This document shows, piece by piece, positions 10,721 through 22,467 of a stretch of DNA of 51,902 nt. This DNA is from Callorhinchus milii. Taxonomy: Eukaryota. The stretch spans positions 1 through 51,902 of the forward strand of contig NW_024705356.1 of assembly GCF_018977255.1 (NCBI RefSeq). Direction: 5' to 3'. The translations under genes were made by a program, and so were the position numbers. The notes beneath the pieces are model-generated. The model saw nothing but the letters and a program-made list of their open reading frames with translations. It did no database searches and was not told where the DNA came from. Position 1 is the stretch's first letter, and each line of letters begins with the position of its first letter.

Positions 10721-11350
10721 AACCCCCACATACATACAGACCCCCACGCACATACAGCACCTCCCACAGACACTCACAGCCCCCACCCCACACAAACACA
10801 ACCCCCCACCTCCCCCCACACACACAGGCGCCCTTCCCCAACACACACATACACACAGCTCCCCTCCCACCCCACACACAACACCTCCCCCCAAACACAC
10901 CACCCTCTCCCACGCACAACCCCCCACCCCACACACAGCCTCCCCCCCACAAATACATACACACACAGCTCCCCTCCTATACACAGCACCTCCCCCCATA
11001 CATAGCACCCCACCCTGACACACACACACACAGCCCCTCCCCTCCTCCCCCACACACATAGACACCCCCATACCCTGCCCCTCCCCCACACACACACATA
11101 GCTCCCCTCAGCACATAGATCCGCCACCCCACACACATCACTCCCCCCCCCCACACACACATAGCTCCCCCTCAGCACATAGATCCGCCACCCCACACAC
11201 AGCACTCCCCCCCCCCCCCACACACACATAGCTCCCCCTCAGCACATAGATCCGCCACCCCACACACAGCACTCCCCCCCCCCCCCCCACACACACATAC
11301 AAACAGCTCCCATCCCACCCCGTATACAGCACCGCCGCCCACACACAGCA
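10721..11350. repeat. C/A-rich low-complexity repeat with three ~63-bp subunits (~11090-11290)
   Basis: cacacacatagctccccctcagcacatagatccgccaccccacacac..actccccccccc occurs three times; related sequence lies at 7645-7725 on the other side of the CR1. Confidence 0.85.
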
Positions 11351-11414
11351 CACGGAGTTACTGGGGTTGGCTCGAGGTTCCTGGCAGCCGGGTCAGGGTT
11401 GCTGGGGTGGTTCG

Positions 11415-12260
11415 GTGTTGCAATGTTTCTCCTTCTCTCCATCGTACTTTCTCTCTCTCTATTACAATCTTTCTCCTCTCTGTCACTCTTTCTATCAGAA
11501 TCTTTCTCCTTCTCTCTATTACCACCTTCTCCCTCTCTGACACACTCGGTCTCTGCCGCACTTTGCAATCTTTCACAATTTCTCTCTCTCTATTCCAGTC
11601 TTTCTCCTCTCTATCACACTTTCTCTCTACTGCCATCTCTCCTCTATCACTCTTTGTCTCTATCAGAATATTTCTCCTTCTCTCTATCACTTTCTCTATC
11701 GCAGTCCTTCTCTCTCTCACACTTTCTCTATCGCAATCTTTTTCCTCTCTTTCAAACTTTCTCTCTCTGTTACAACTTTTCTCCTTCTCTATATCACACT
11801 TTCTATCCGAATATTTCTCCTCTCTCTCTACCGCAATCTTTCGCCGCTCTCACACAGTCTCTCTCCTTTTCTCTATCACAACCTTTAATAATAATAATAA
11901 TCGTTGCATTTGATATAGCGCTTTTCACGTCGGGAGAGGACGTCCCAAAGCGCTTCACAGAACACACTGTAAAGTGAATTGACTGTATATTTGTGGGCGA
12001 ACGCGGCAGCCAATTGCGCACAGCAATGTCCCACAAACAGTCGTAGATTGAAAATGACCAATTTATTATTGTATTGTTTTGGAGGATTATTATTAGGCTC
12101 TGTGTGGAGTGAGGACACTGTCCGAGGTTTCGCCCTCTGCCGGGAATTGAACTCAGGTCTCTCACTCGCAAAGTGAATGCTCTAACCACTGAGCTACAGG
12201 ACTTTTTCCTCTCTATTACACTTTCTCTCTATTGCATTCTTTCTCCTTCTCTCTCACACC
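11415..12260 (+). repeat. Short outlier of the pyrimidine-rich word array, split by a SINE
   Basis: Same words (tctctatcacactt, tattacaatctttctcc, tatcagaatctt) as the main array. Confidence 0.9.
11886..12203 (-). mobile_element. Full-length Deu-domain SINE
   Basis: Reverse-complement head ends at gagctacaggact (12203); (TAA)n tail at 11886. Confidence 0.92.
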
Positions 12261-12373
12261 TATTACTGTTTGTGATCTGATTTGTTGGTATGTTTGATAG
12301 TGTCTCTGAAGCATTCAATAGGAAATTCTAGGAAAGTGAACGCTGTAAAGTAATGAATATAAACACTAGGAGT

Positions 12374-12568
12374 TAATAATCCTCCAAAACAATAATAAAT
12401 TGGTCATTTTCAATCCACGACTGTTTGTGGGACATTACTGTGCGCAATTGGCTGCTGCGTTCGCCCACAAATATACAGTCGATTCACTTTACAGTGTGTT
12501 CTGTAAAGCGCTTTGAACGTCCTCCTGACGTGAAAAGCGCTATATCAAATGCGAGGATTATTATTATG
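12374..12568 (+). mobile_element. 5'-truncated Deu-domain SINE
   Basis: Body and tail only, no tRNA head. Confidence 0.88.
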
Positions 12569-12785
12569 TAAATCTATCTGTATTATCTGCTTCAATTACA
12601 ACTTATGGGAGTGATTTCTGCACAGTGCTGCCCTCTGTCTGAAGAAGTTCCTTCTAAATTCTCATTTCAATCCTCCAGTCACTATCTTATACTCGTGTTT
12701 GTCCGTGAAGTCTCGGTCACAAATAGAACCACCTATTTGAGCTGAAATACGGTGTTGTATTGGTTTCACTTGTGGCATTGTAATT

Positions 12786-13096
12786 AGTCCTGTAGCTCAG
12801 TGATTAGAGCACTCACTTTGCAAGAGGGAGACCTGAGTTCAATTTCAAGCAGGGCGAAACCTTGGGCAAGTTTCCTTACTCCACACGCCTAATAATAATC
12901 CCTCCCAAACCAAAAATAATAATAAATTGGTCATTTTCAATCCACGACTGTTTGTGGGACATAGCTGTGCGCAATTGGCTGTCGCATTTGCCCACAAATA
13001 TACAGTTAATTTCACTTTACAGTGTGTTCTGTGAAGCACTGTGGGACGTCTCCTGATGTGAAAAGCGCTATATCAAAATGCAAGGATTATTATTAT
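12786..13096 (+). mobile_element. Full-length Deu-domain SINE
   Basis: Head agtcctgtagctcagtg through the (TTA)n tail. Confidence 0.92.
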
Positions 13097-13334
13097 GTAA
13101 ATTTATCTGTATTATCTGCTTCAATTACAACTTATGGGAGTGAGTTCCGCACAGTGCTGCCCTCTGTCTGAAGAAATTCCTTCTAAATTCTCATTTCAAT
13201 CCTCCAGTCACTATCTTATACTCGTATTTCTATGTGAAGTCTCAGTCAGAAATAGGAACTACTTATTTGAGCTGTGACACCATGTTGTATTGGTTTCACT
13301 TGTGGCATTGGAATTAGTCCTACAGCTCAGGTGG

Positions 13335-13652
13335 GGAGTCCTGTAGCTCAGTGGGTACAGCACTCGCTTTGCAAGCTGGAGACCTGAGTTCAATTCCAGG
13401 CAGAGGGCGAAACCTTGGGCAAGTTTCCTTACTCCACACAGAGCCTAATAAAAATCCCTCCAAAACCAAAAACAATAATAAATTGGTCATTTTCAATCTA
13501 CGAATGTTTGTGGGACATTGCTGTGCGCCATTGGCTGTCGCATTCGCCCACAAATATACAGTCAATTCACTTTACAGTGTGTTCTGTGAAGCGCTTTGGG
13601 ACGTCCTCTCCTGATGTGTAAAGCGCTATATCAAATGCGAGGATTATTATTA
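13335..13652 (+). mobile_element. Full-length Deu-domain SINE, preceded by a 15-bp head remnant (13316-13330)
   Basis: Head ggagtcctgtagctcagtgg through tail gattattatt. Confidence 0.92.
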
Positions 13653-13745
13653 AGGAAACTTGTCCGAGGTTTCACCCTCTGCCTGGAATTGAACTCAGGT
13701 CTCTCACTTGCAAAGCGAATGCTCTCACCACTGAGCTACAGGACT
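13651..13745 (-). mobile_element. SINE head fragment, duplicate of ~12110-12203
   Basis: Reverse-complement tRNA head with the same downstream junction as the 11886-12203 copy. Confidence 0.85.
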
Positions 13746-14279
13746 TTCTCCTCTCTATCACACCTCTCTATTGCAATCTTTCTCCTTCTCTCTCACACCT
13801 ATTAGTGTTTGTGATCTGATTTGATGGTGTGTTTGATGGTATCTCTGAAGCATTCAATAGGAAATTCCAGGAAAGTGTGAATGCTCTAAAGTAATGAATA
13901 TAAACCCTGTGAACCATCTCTGAACCCTCCAATAGCCAAAGCCCATGTGATGACACTGACTGTTTGCAGCTGTGAAGGGACGACGTTCCCTTCAACCGGA
14001 CCTCGTGAGGAATGTGATTCGCTCATTGGCCACAAGTCAAACCTGAACCTTTGGGTATTTAACCCGAAGGCTGAGCTCAGTCAAACCATTGGAGGAAGGA
14101 ATCACCTCATCAGCTTAGAGATAGCAGATGAGTTGCTGGAGGTGTGTAGTTCGGAGCAGTGAAATGGTCAGTTTGTGTGGTGGCGGTGGCTCAGGCGTCT
14201 CTCTGTGGACTATATCAGGTAAGTCTGCATTTGTGAGAACCTTCTGGTGGGATCTAAATTGTCAGTAATGTTCGTGAAG

Positions 14280-14750
14280 GGAAGTTGTCCAAACCTTGGC
14301 CTTGTGAGCTTGAGCGACATTATCACTGTCCACCTGCTCTCCGTGTCAATTGTGAGCAACTCTTGGCCAGTTTGGCTTCTCCTTTTATTGTGTAATTTGT
14401 CTCAAAAACAATTGCTGTTTAGTTTCTCTCTGGAGTCTGTAGACAACTCCCACCAGTCTTCCCTCCTTTGCTGTTCTTTAATTCTACCCATAGTATTCCT
14501 GTGGTCTAATCACCTTTATTAAAGTCCTTTCTATCTACTGTTGTACTTGAATGTTATCCATATTGCTTCCCTCCTTTCCCAATTTCCCTATCGTTTCTGA
14601 AGATTTTACAGCCTGGAATTTTAGCTCCAGTAATGCCCAACTTGTACCCAGGTCTCTGTAATGGCTACTACATCAGACGCTTTAAGCTAAATTTGTGTTC
14701 CTAACTTATTTTTATACTATGTATATTTGTCACAGACACTTATTAGGGTA
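14280..14750 (-). mobile_element. Old CR1 endonuclease fragment (copy 1)
   Basis: Minus strand resembles ...DVVAITETW...WELKIPG...LWVELKNSKGGK...; paralogous to 24950-25430. Confidence 0.7.
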
Positions 14751-15263
14751 ACTGTCCTCACTTGCCCATGTGCCCAATTGTGTTTTTCTTGCTTTTTNGT
14801 GTTTATTTTCTTAAACTGTTTCTCTTTCTGGAGCAACTCAGGTAATTATCACTTTTGGTTTTCTAGCCTTTGCTCTTCTCTCAGTATTTAGTTCTGTTGT
14901 TTTCGATTCAGTCAGAGGTTGTCCTGGAGCCAGTGCAGGTTTGTGTTGCTTTTGAACGCTGGTCTAATGCTTGTTCATACCAGATGATCACTGGGTATTC
15001 ATACATCAACGAACTTTGTTGCCATCCACTTCGGTTTAATGTGAACATCTCTTGACCTGTCTGACTTTTCTTTGTATTGTGTAACTCGTCTCAGAGATGG
15101 TGATGACAGAATTACTGTATGGAATTATTTTGCAATGTTAGTCTTTAAACCATCATCAAGATTTTTGTCAAAGACGTCCAACTAAGAATTGTTTGGAGAT
15201 GAGATGCAGCTGAAAATTGTGGGAGATGTAAGTGATTAATGGGCTGAGCTCAGTTGTTCGGTA

Positions 15264-15577
15264 GAGTCCTGTAGCTCAATGGTTAGAGCACTCGCCTTGT
15301 GAGCGAGACACCTGGGTTCAATTTCAGGGAGGGCGAAACCTTGGGCAAGTTTCCTTACTCCACACAGAGCCTAATAATAATCCCTCCAAAAAACAAAACA
15401 ATAATAAATTGATCATTTTCAATCCATGACTCTTTGTGGGACACTACTATGCGCAATTGGCTGCTGCGCTTTGCTCACACATATATGGTCAATTCACTTT
15501 ATGGTCTATTCTGTGAAGCACTTTGAGATGTCGAAGACGTGAAAAGTGCTATATCAAATACAAGGACTATTATTATT
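15264..15577 (+). mobile_element. Full-length Deu-domain SINE
   Basis: Head gagtcctgtagctcaatgg through tail tattattatt; head variant shared with the 4271 copy. Confidence 0.92.
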
Positions 15578-16319
15578 GTCACCCGAAGCCAAGTCTGTAC
15601 TAATAGGAACCAAAGCTGATGACTGAAACTCCACGCCCTGTTTCTCTCTCCAGCACCTTGGGATTCGTGGAGGATAAGTAAGGTAAGTCTGTACTAGTGG
15701 GAACACTATGGTGACTGCAAAGGTTGTATATCCTTCTTTCTTGTGCCTTTCCACACTCCAAAGGTTCAGCAACACTATGTAGACTTCATGCAGGATGTCT
15801 GACATCCAAACACACATGTGCATTAACTCTGGCTGAAGGTTGGTTTTGTTTGCCCAGAGCCAATATCTGTCCAAGTTGGTTCAGTTTACTGGTTGAGTCA
15901 GTTTATGAGGGGATGGTTTGGAGCAGTTGTCGATCATTAGTTTGTGTCCGAGTTGGTTTAGTGCAGGTTGTGAGGTAGTAAAGGGCTTATCAAAATCGGG
16001 TGAATGTTTGAGATCAGAGAGAGGGGTCCCGGGTGCTCAGGATTAATTGGGTAAAAATGTGTCTTGGGCACATTTGAGGTATAAAAGGGAGGAGGTGGAG
16101 ATGAACCAGAATTCTTGAGGTTTGGAGTTTTCACTGATACTTGACTCTTAACATTACTAATTATACAAACTCTGAATTTCAGGAACCTGTAAGAGGTTTG
16201 GGGTAATGTTACTCTATCTGTTACTGCCTCACAACCTGCAAAATTGTGAAGAGGTGGATGTCTCCTTCAAGAGTGCACTTAAACAGCATGTAATTCTCAG
16301 TCAGCGATAAGATACCGTG

Positions 16320-16908
16320 ACAAGGTGTGTAGTCGGTGTCTGTCAAGGTTGGTTCAGGGCAGTTGAGTAATATACATTAGCTGTGTGAAGGTGGGTTTTG
16401 TTTGTCCAGAGCCAGTGTCTATCAAGGTCGGTTGGGTTTAGTGGCTGAGAGTCAGTTTGTGTCGGGGTTGGTTGTGGAGCATCAGTTTGTGTGCGAGTTG
16501 CTTCAGGACAGGTGTAGATTCAGTGACTGTGTCGAGGTCGGTCAAGTCCAGTTGTTGAGGGTTAGAGTCTTTCAGGCCTGGCTCAGTGCAGTTGCCTCGG
16601 GTCAGTCGCTGCCAGGGCTGGGTCGGAGCAGTTTGCACGGCTGGTTTGCTTGTGAGCGGCAATGTGTAGCTGCCGAGAGTCAGTCAGTGCCGGGTCTGGG
16701 TCAGTGTGGCTGCCACGAGTCAGGTTCTGTTCAGACTGGTTTAGTGTTGTTGTTGAGACAGTTTATGCTGAGATTGGTTGAGAGTTGTGTTTGTCAGGGT
16801 GAGTTCAGTCCAGTTGTTGAGTTGGTTTTAGTTGAGAGGGTGATTGAGAGCTGACTTGTCAGGGCAGGTTCAGTGTCGTTTGAGTCAGTTGGTGTCAGGG
16901 TTGGTTAC
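16320..16908. repeat. Degenerate G/T-rich tandem repeat, ~35-40-bp unit
   Basis: Recurrent gagtcagtttgtgtcagggttggttcagtgcagttg-like units; a similar patch lies at ~15830-15975. Confidence 0.6.
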
Positions 16909-16910
16909 TA

Positions 16911-17223
16911 GAGTCCTGTAGCTCAGTGGTTAGAGCACTCGCTTTGCAAGTGAGAGACCTGAGTTCAATTCCAGGCAGAGGGTGAAACCTCGGACAAGTT
17001 TCCTTACTCCACACAGAGCCTAATAATAAACCCTCCAAAAAACAGAACAATTAATTGGTCATTTTCAATCTACGACTGTTTGTGGGACATTGCTGTGCAC
17101 AATTGGCCGCCGCGTTTGCCCACAAATACAGTCAATTCACTTTGCAGTGTGTTCTGTGAAGCGCTTTGGGACGTCCTCTCCCGACGTGAAAAGCGCTATA
17201 TCAAATGCGAGGATTATCATTAT
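16911..17223 (+). mobile_element. Full-length Deu-domain SINE at the left edge of the main array
   Basis: Complete head-to-tail copy; the tail runs directly into tatcacactt. Confidence 0.92.
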
Positions 17224-18883
17224 CACACTTTCTCTATTGAAATCTTTCTCCTCTATCACTCTCTCTCTATTGCAATCTTTCTCCTCCCTATCACAATCTT
17301 TCATCTCTTTCGCGCTTTCCCTCTATATTCCAAACTTTCTCTTCTCTATCACACTTTCTCTCTTTTAATCTCTCACCTCTCTATCAGTCTTTCGATCAGA
17401 ATCTTTCTCCTCTCTATTGCACTTTCTCTCTATTGCAATCTTTTTCCTCTCTAACACACTCTCTCTCTCTATCGCTCTCCTTCTGTCGCCCAATTTTCCT
17501 CCTCTCTCACATTTCTTCTTTATCGCAATTTTTCTGCTTCTCTATTACACTTTCTCTCTATCAGTTTCTCTCTCTATTACAATCTTTGCCCTCTCTATCA
17601 CACTTTCTATCAGAATCTTTCTCCTCTCTATTACAACCTTTTTCGTCTCTGTCACACTTTCTCTCTATCAGAATCTTCCTCCACTTTATCACACTTTTTC
17701 TGTTACCATCTTTCTTTCTCTCTATCGTAATCTTTCTCCTCTCTATCTCTTGTGCAATCTTTCTCCTTCTCTCCATCATACTTTGTCTCTCTCTTACAAC
17801 CTTTTCCGTCTCTATCGCTCTTTCTGTCTATCACAATATTTCTCCTTCTCGCAATCGCAATGTTTTTCCTTCTTTCTAACACACTTTCTCTCCATCACGC
17901 TTTCTCTTTCTATTACAACCTTTTCCTTTCTATCAGAATCTTTCTCCTCTATTACACTTTGTCTCTATTGCAATCTTTCTCCTCTCTATCACAGTTTTCC
18001 TGTTGCAATCTTTCTGCTCTCTATCATACGTTGTCTCTCTCTATTCCAATCTTTCTAATACTCTTTCTCTCTATCACACTTTCTCTCTCTATCACCATCT
18101 TTACTCTTTCTATCAGAATCTTTCTCCTCTCTATCACACTTTCTCTCTATCGCAATCTCCTCTCTATCACACTTTCACTGTCTAATGCAATCTTTCTCCT
18201 TCTCTCCATCATACTTTGTCTCTCTCTCTATTGCAAACATTGCCCTCTCTCACTGCTATCAGAATCTTTCACCTTCTCTCTCGCACTTTCTGTGTATCGC
18301 AATGTTTCTCCTTCTTTCTAACACTTTCTCTCCGTCACACTTTCTCTCTCTATTACAACCTTTTCCTTTCTATCAGAATCTTTTTCCTTCTCTCTATTGC
18401 AATCTCTCTCCTCTCTATTGCAATCTTTCTCCTCCCTATAACTTTCTCTCTCTCTATTCCAATCTTTCTAACACACTTTCTCTCTATTGTATTCTTTCTC
18501 CTCTCTATCACAATCTTTCTTCTCTTTCACACTTTCCCTCTCTATTCCAAACTTTCTCTTCTCTATCACATGTTCTCTCTATTGCAATCTTTCTCCTCTC
18601 TATCATACTTTGTGTCTCTATTACAATCCTTCTAATACTTTCTCTCTCTATCGCTCTCCTCTCTCACATTTCTTCTTTATTGCTATTTTTCTGCTCTCTA
18701 TTAAACTTTCTCTCTTCACAATCTTTCTCCTCTCTATCACACTTTTACTCTCTAATGCAATCGTTCTCCTTCTCTCCATCATACTTTGCCTCTCTGTATT
18801 ACAAACGTTGCCCACTCTCTCAATCCTATCAGAATCTTTCACCTTCTCTCTATTACAACCTTTTCCGCCTCTGTCGCACTTTC

Positions 18884-18942
18884 AGCGCCTTCGGACGTCC
18901 TCCCGACGTGAAAGGCGCTCAATAAATGGAATCTTGTTGTTG
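18884..18942 (+). mobile_element. L2 3'-tail insertion
   Basis: agcgcctt.ggacgtcctcccgacgtgaaaggcgctcaataaatggaatct(tgt)n with a TTTC target duplication. Confidence 0.85.
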
Positions 18943-19676
18943 TTTCTGTGTATCACAATATTTCTCCTTCTCGCCATCGCAATGTTTCTCCTTCTTTCTA
19001 ACACACTTTCTCTCTATCACACTTGCTCTCTCTATTGCAAGGTTTTCCTCTCTATCAGAATCTGTCTCCTTACCACACTCTCTCAATTGGAATCTCTTCT
19101 GTTGCGATCACTCTCCTCTCTTTCAGAATCTTTGTCCTCTCTCTTACAACCTTTTCCCTCTCTCTCACACTTTCTCTCTATCGCAATCTTTCTCCTTCTT
19201 TCTAACACTCACTTTCTCACTATCGTACTTTACCTCTGTATATTGCAATCTTTCTCCTCTATCAGTTTCTCTCTATTGCAATCTTTCTCCTCTCAATCAC
19301 TCTTTCTATCAGAATCCTAACCCTCTCTATTACAATCTCTCTGCTCTCTATCACAATCTTTCTTCTCAATCACACTTTCTCTCCATTTTAATCTCTTTCC
19401 TCTCTGTTACAACCTTTTCCGTCTCTGTCACACTTTCTCTGTTACAAACTTTTCCCTCTCTTTCACTCTTTCTATCAGAATGTTTCTCCATCTCTCTATT
19501 ACACATTCTATTGCAATCTTTCTGTTCTCTATCGTACTTTGTGTCTCTCTATTCCAATCCTTCTAACACACTTTCTCTCTCTATTGCTCTCCTCTCTCAC
19601 ATTTCTTCTTTATCGCAATTTTTCTGCTTCTCTCTATACTTTCTCTCTATTACAATCTTTCTCCTTCTGTTTATCA

Positions 19677-19946
19677 GGGAGACCCGAGTTCAATCCTAGG
19701 CAGAGGGCCAAACCTTGGGCCAAGTTTCCTTACTCCACACAGAGCCTAATAATAAACCCTCCAAAAAACAAAACAATAAATTGGTCATTTTCAATCTACG
19801 ACTGTTTGTGGGACATTGCTGTGCGCAATTGGCTGCCGCGTTCGCCCACAAATATACAGTCAATTCACTTTACATTATGTTCTGTGAAGCGCTTTGGGAC
19901 GTCCTCCCAACGTGAAAAGCGCTATATCAAATGCAAGGATTATTAT
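19677..19946 (+). mobile_element. 5'-truncated Deu-domain SINE
   Basis: Starts inside the tRNA head; TTATCA flanks both ends (19671-19676 and 19943-19948). Confidence 0.9.
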
Positions 19947-22281
19947 CACACTCTGCCTATTGCAATCTTTCTCCTCTCTATCACACATTTCTGTTACAAT
20001 CTTTCTTTCTCTATGACTTTCTCTCCTGTGCAATCTTTCTCCTTTTCTCTATCACAATCTTTCTCCTCTCTAATGCAATCCTTCTCCTTCTCTCCATCAT
20101 ACTTTCTCTCTCTATTACAAACGTTGCCCTCTCTCTCACTCCTATCAGAATCGTTCGCCTTCTCTCTACAACATTTTCCACCTCTGTCGCACTTTCTGTG
20201 TATCATAATATTTCATTCTCGCCATTGCAATAATTCTGCTTTCTGAAACACTTTCTCTCTATCACAACTGCTCTCTCTATTGCAATCTTTCTCCTCTTTC
20301 ACAGTTCCTCTCTATCGCAATCTTTCTCCTCTTTGTTGCGATCACTCTCCTCTATCAGAATCTTTGTTCTCTCTATTACAGCCTTTTCCCGCTCTATCGC
20401 AATCTTTCTCCTTTCTAACACACTTTCTCCTCTCCATCACAATCTTTCTTCTCTCTTTCCCTCTATTCCAAACTTTCTCCTCTCTATCACACTTTCTCTC
20501 TTGTGCAACCTTTCTCCTTTTCTCTAACACACTTTTACTCTCTAATGTAATCTTTCTCCTTCTCTCCATCATACTTTGTCACTCTCTATTACAAACGTTG
20601 CCCTCTCTCTCACTCCTATCAGCGTCATTTGCCTTCTCTCTATTACAAACTTTTCTGTCTCTGTCGGACTTTGTCTATCACAATACTTCTCGCCATCGCA
20701 ATGTTTCTCCTCCTTTCTAACACACTTTCTCTCTATCACATTTGCTCTCTGTATTACAAGCTTTTCCCTCTCAATCACACCTTTCTCCTTACCACACTCT
20801 CTCTTTATTGCAATCCTTCTCCTCTCTATTGCGATCACTATCCTCTCTATCAGAATCTTTGTCCCCTCTATTACAACCTTTTCCCTCTCTATCATACTTT
20901 CTCTCTGTCGCAATCTTTCTCCTCTCTTTCACTTTCTCTCTCTACATTCCAATCTTTCTCCTTCTTTCTAACACACTTTCTCTCCCTATCACACTTTCTC
21001 ACTATCGTAATTTACCTCTGTATATTACAATATTTCTCTTCTTTATCACACTTTCTCTCTATCGCAAACTATCTTCTCTCTTTCACACTTTCCCTCTATT
21101 CCAAACTTTCTCTTCTCTATCACACTTTCTCTCTCTTAATCTCTGTCCTCTCTATCACTCTTTCCATTAGAATCTTTCTCCTCTCTATCACAACCTTTTC
21201 CGTTTCTGTCACACTTTCTCTCTCTATTACATACGTTTCCCTCTCTATCACTCTTTCTATCAGAAACTTTCTCCTTTCTGTTACACTTTCTCTCTATTGC
21301 AATCTTCTCTCTATCACACTTTCTCTGTGTTGCAATCTTTCTCCTCAATCAGTTTCTCTCTATTGCAATCTTTCTGCTCTCCACCATACTTAGTCTCTCT
21401 ATTCCAATCCTTCTGACACACTTTCTCTCTCTATCGCTCCTTCTCTCACCCAATTTTTCTCTTTCACATTTCTTCTTCATCACAATTTTTCAGCTCTATT
21501 ATACTTTCTCTCTCTCTCACAATCTTTCCACTTCTTTCTAACACATTCTCTCTCTTTCAGAATCGTTCTCCATCACACTTTCTCTCTCTATCACTCTTTC
21601 TATCAGAATCTTTCTCCTCTATTACAACCTTTTCTGTCTCTGTCACACTTTCTCTCTCTATTGCAATCTTTGCCCTCTCTATCACTCTTTCTATCAGAAT
21701 CGTTCTTCTTTCTGTTACACTACTCTCTATTGCAATCTTTCTCCTCTCTGTCACTATCTCTCTATTGCAATCTTTCTCCACTCTATCATACTTTGTCTCT
21801 CTATTCCGATCCTTCTAACACACTCTCACTCTATCGCTCTCCTTTTCTCGCCCAATTTTCCTCCTCTCACATTTCTTCTTTATCACAATTTTTCTGCTCT
21901 CTATTACACTTTCTCTCTATCACAATCCTTCTACTTCTTTCTAACACACATTCTCTCTTTCAGATTCGTTCTCTTTCTATCACACTTTCTCTCTCTATTG
22001 CAAATTTTCTCCTCTCTATCCCACTTTCGCTCTTGTGCATTCTTTCTCCTTTTCTCTATCACAATTATTCTCCTCTCGATCACACTGTCACTCTCTAATG
22101 CAATCTTTCTCCTCTCCATCATACTTTGTCTCTCTCTATTACAATCGTTGCTCTCTCTCTCACTCCTATCAGAGTCTTTCGCCTTCTCTCTATTACAACT
22201 TTTTCTGTCTCTGTTGCACTTTCTGTGTATCACAATACTTCTCATTCTCGCCATCGCAATGTTTCTCTTTCTTTCTATCAG

Positions 22282-22467
22282 ACTTGCTCTCGGTCACACT
22301 TGCTCTCGGTCACACTTGCTCTCGGTCACACTTGCTCTCGGTCACACTTGCTCTCGGTCACACTTGCTCTCGGTCACACTTGCTCTCGGTCACACTTGCT
22401 CTCGGTCACACTTGCTCTCGGTCACACTTGCTCTCGGTCACACTTGCTCTCGGTCACACTTGCTCTC
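22282..22467. repeat. Perfect 16-bp minisatellite (ACTTGCTCTCGGTCAC) x ~11.6
   Basis: Directly visible identical copies. Confidence 0.97.

Noticed and set aside
13947..14162. Conserved small ORF pair (71 aa here, 61 aa at 24649-24834)
   Set aside because: The similarity is explained by the DNA duplication; the 5' ends differ in frame and there is no recognisable domain.
15615..15632. CTGATGA..GAAA hammerhead-like core
   Set aside because: Only two bases separate the boxes, so stem II cannot form.
16402..16854. 150-aa ORF
   Set aside because: Non-ATG start, lies entirely within a degenerate G/T-rich repeat, and shows no family resemblance.
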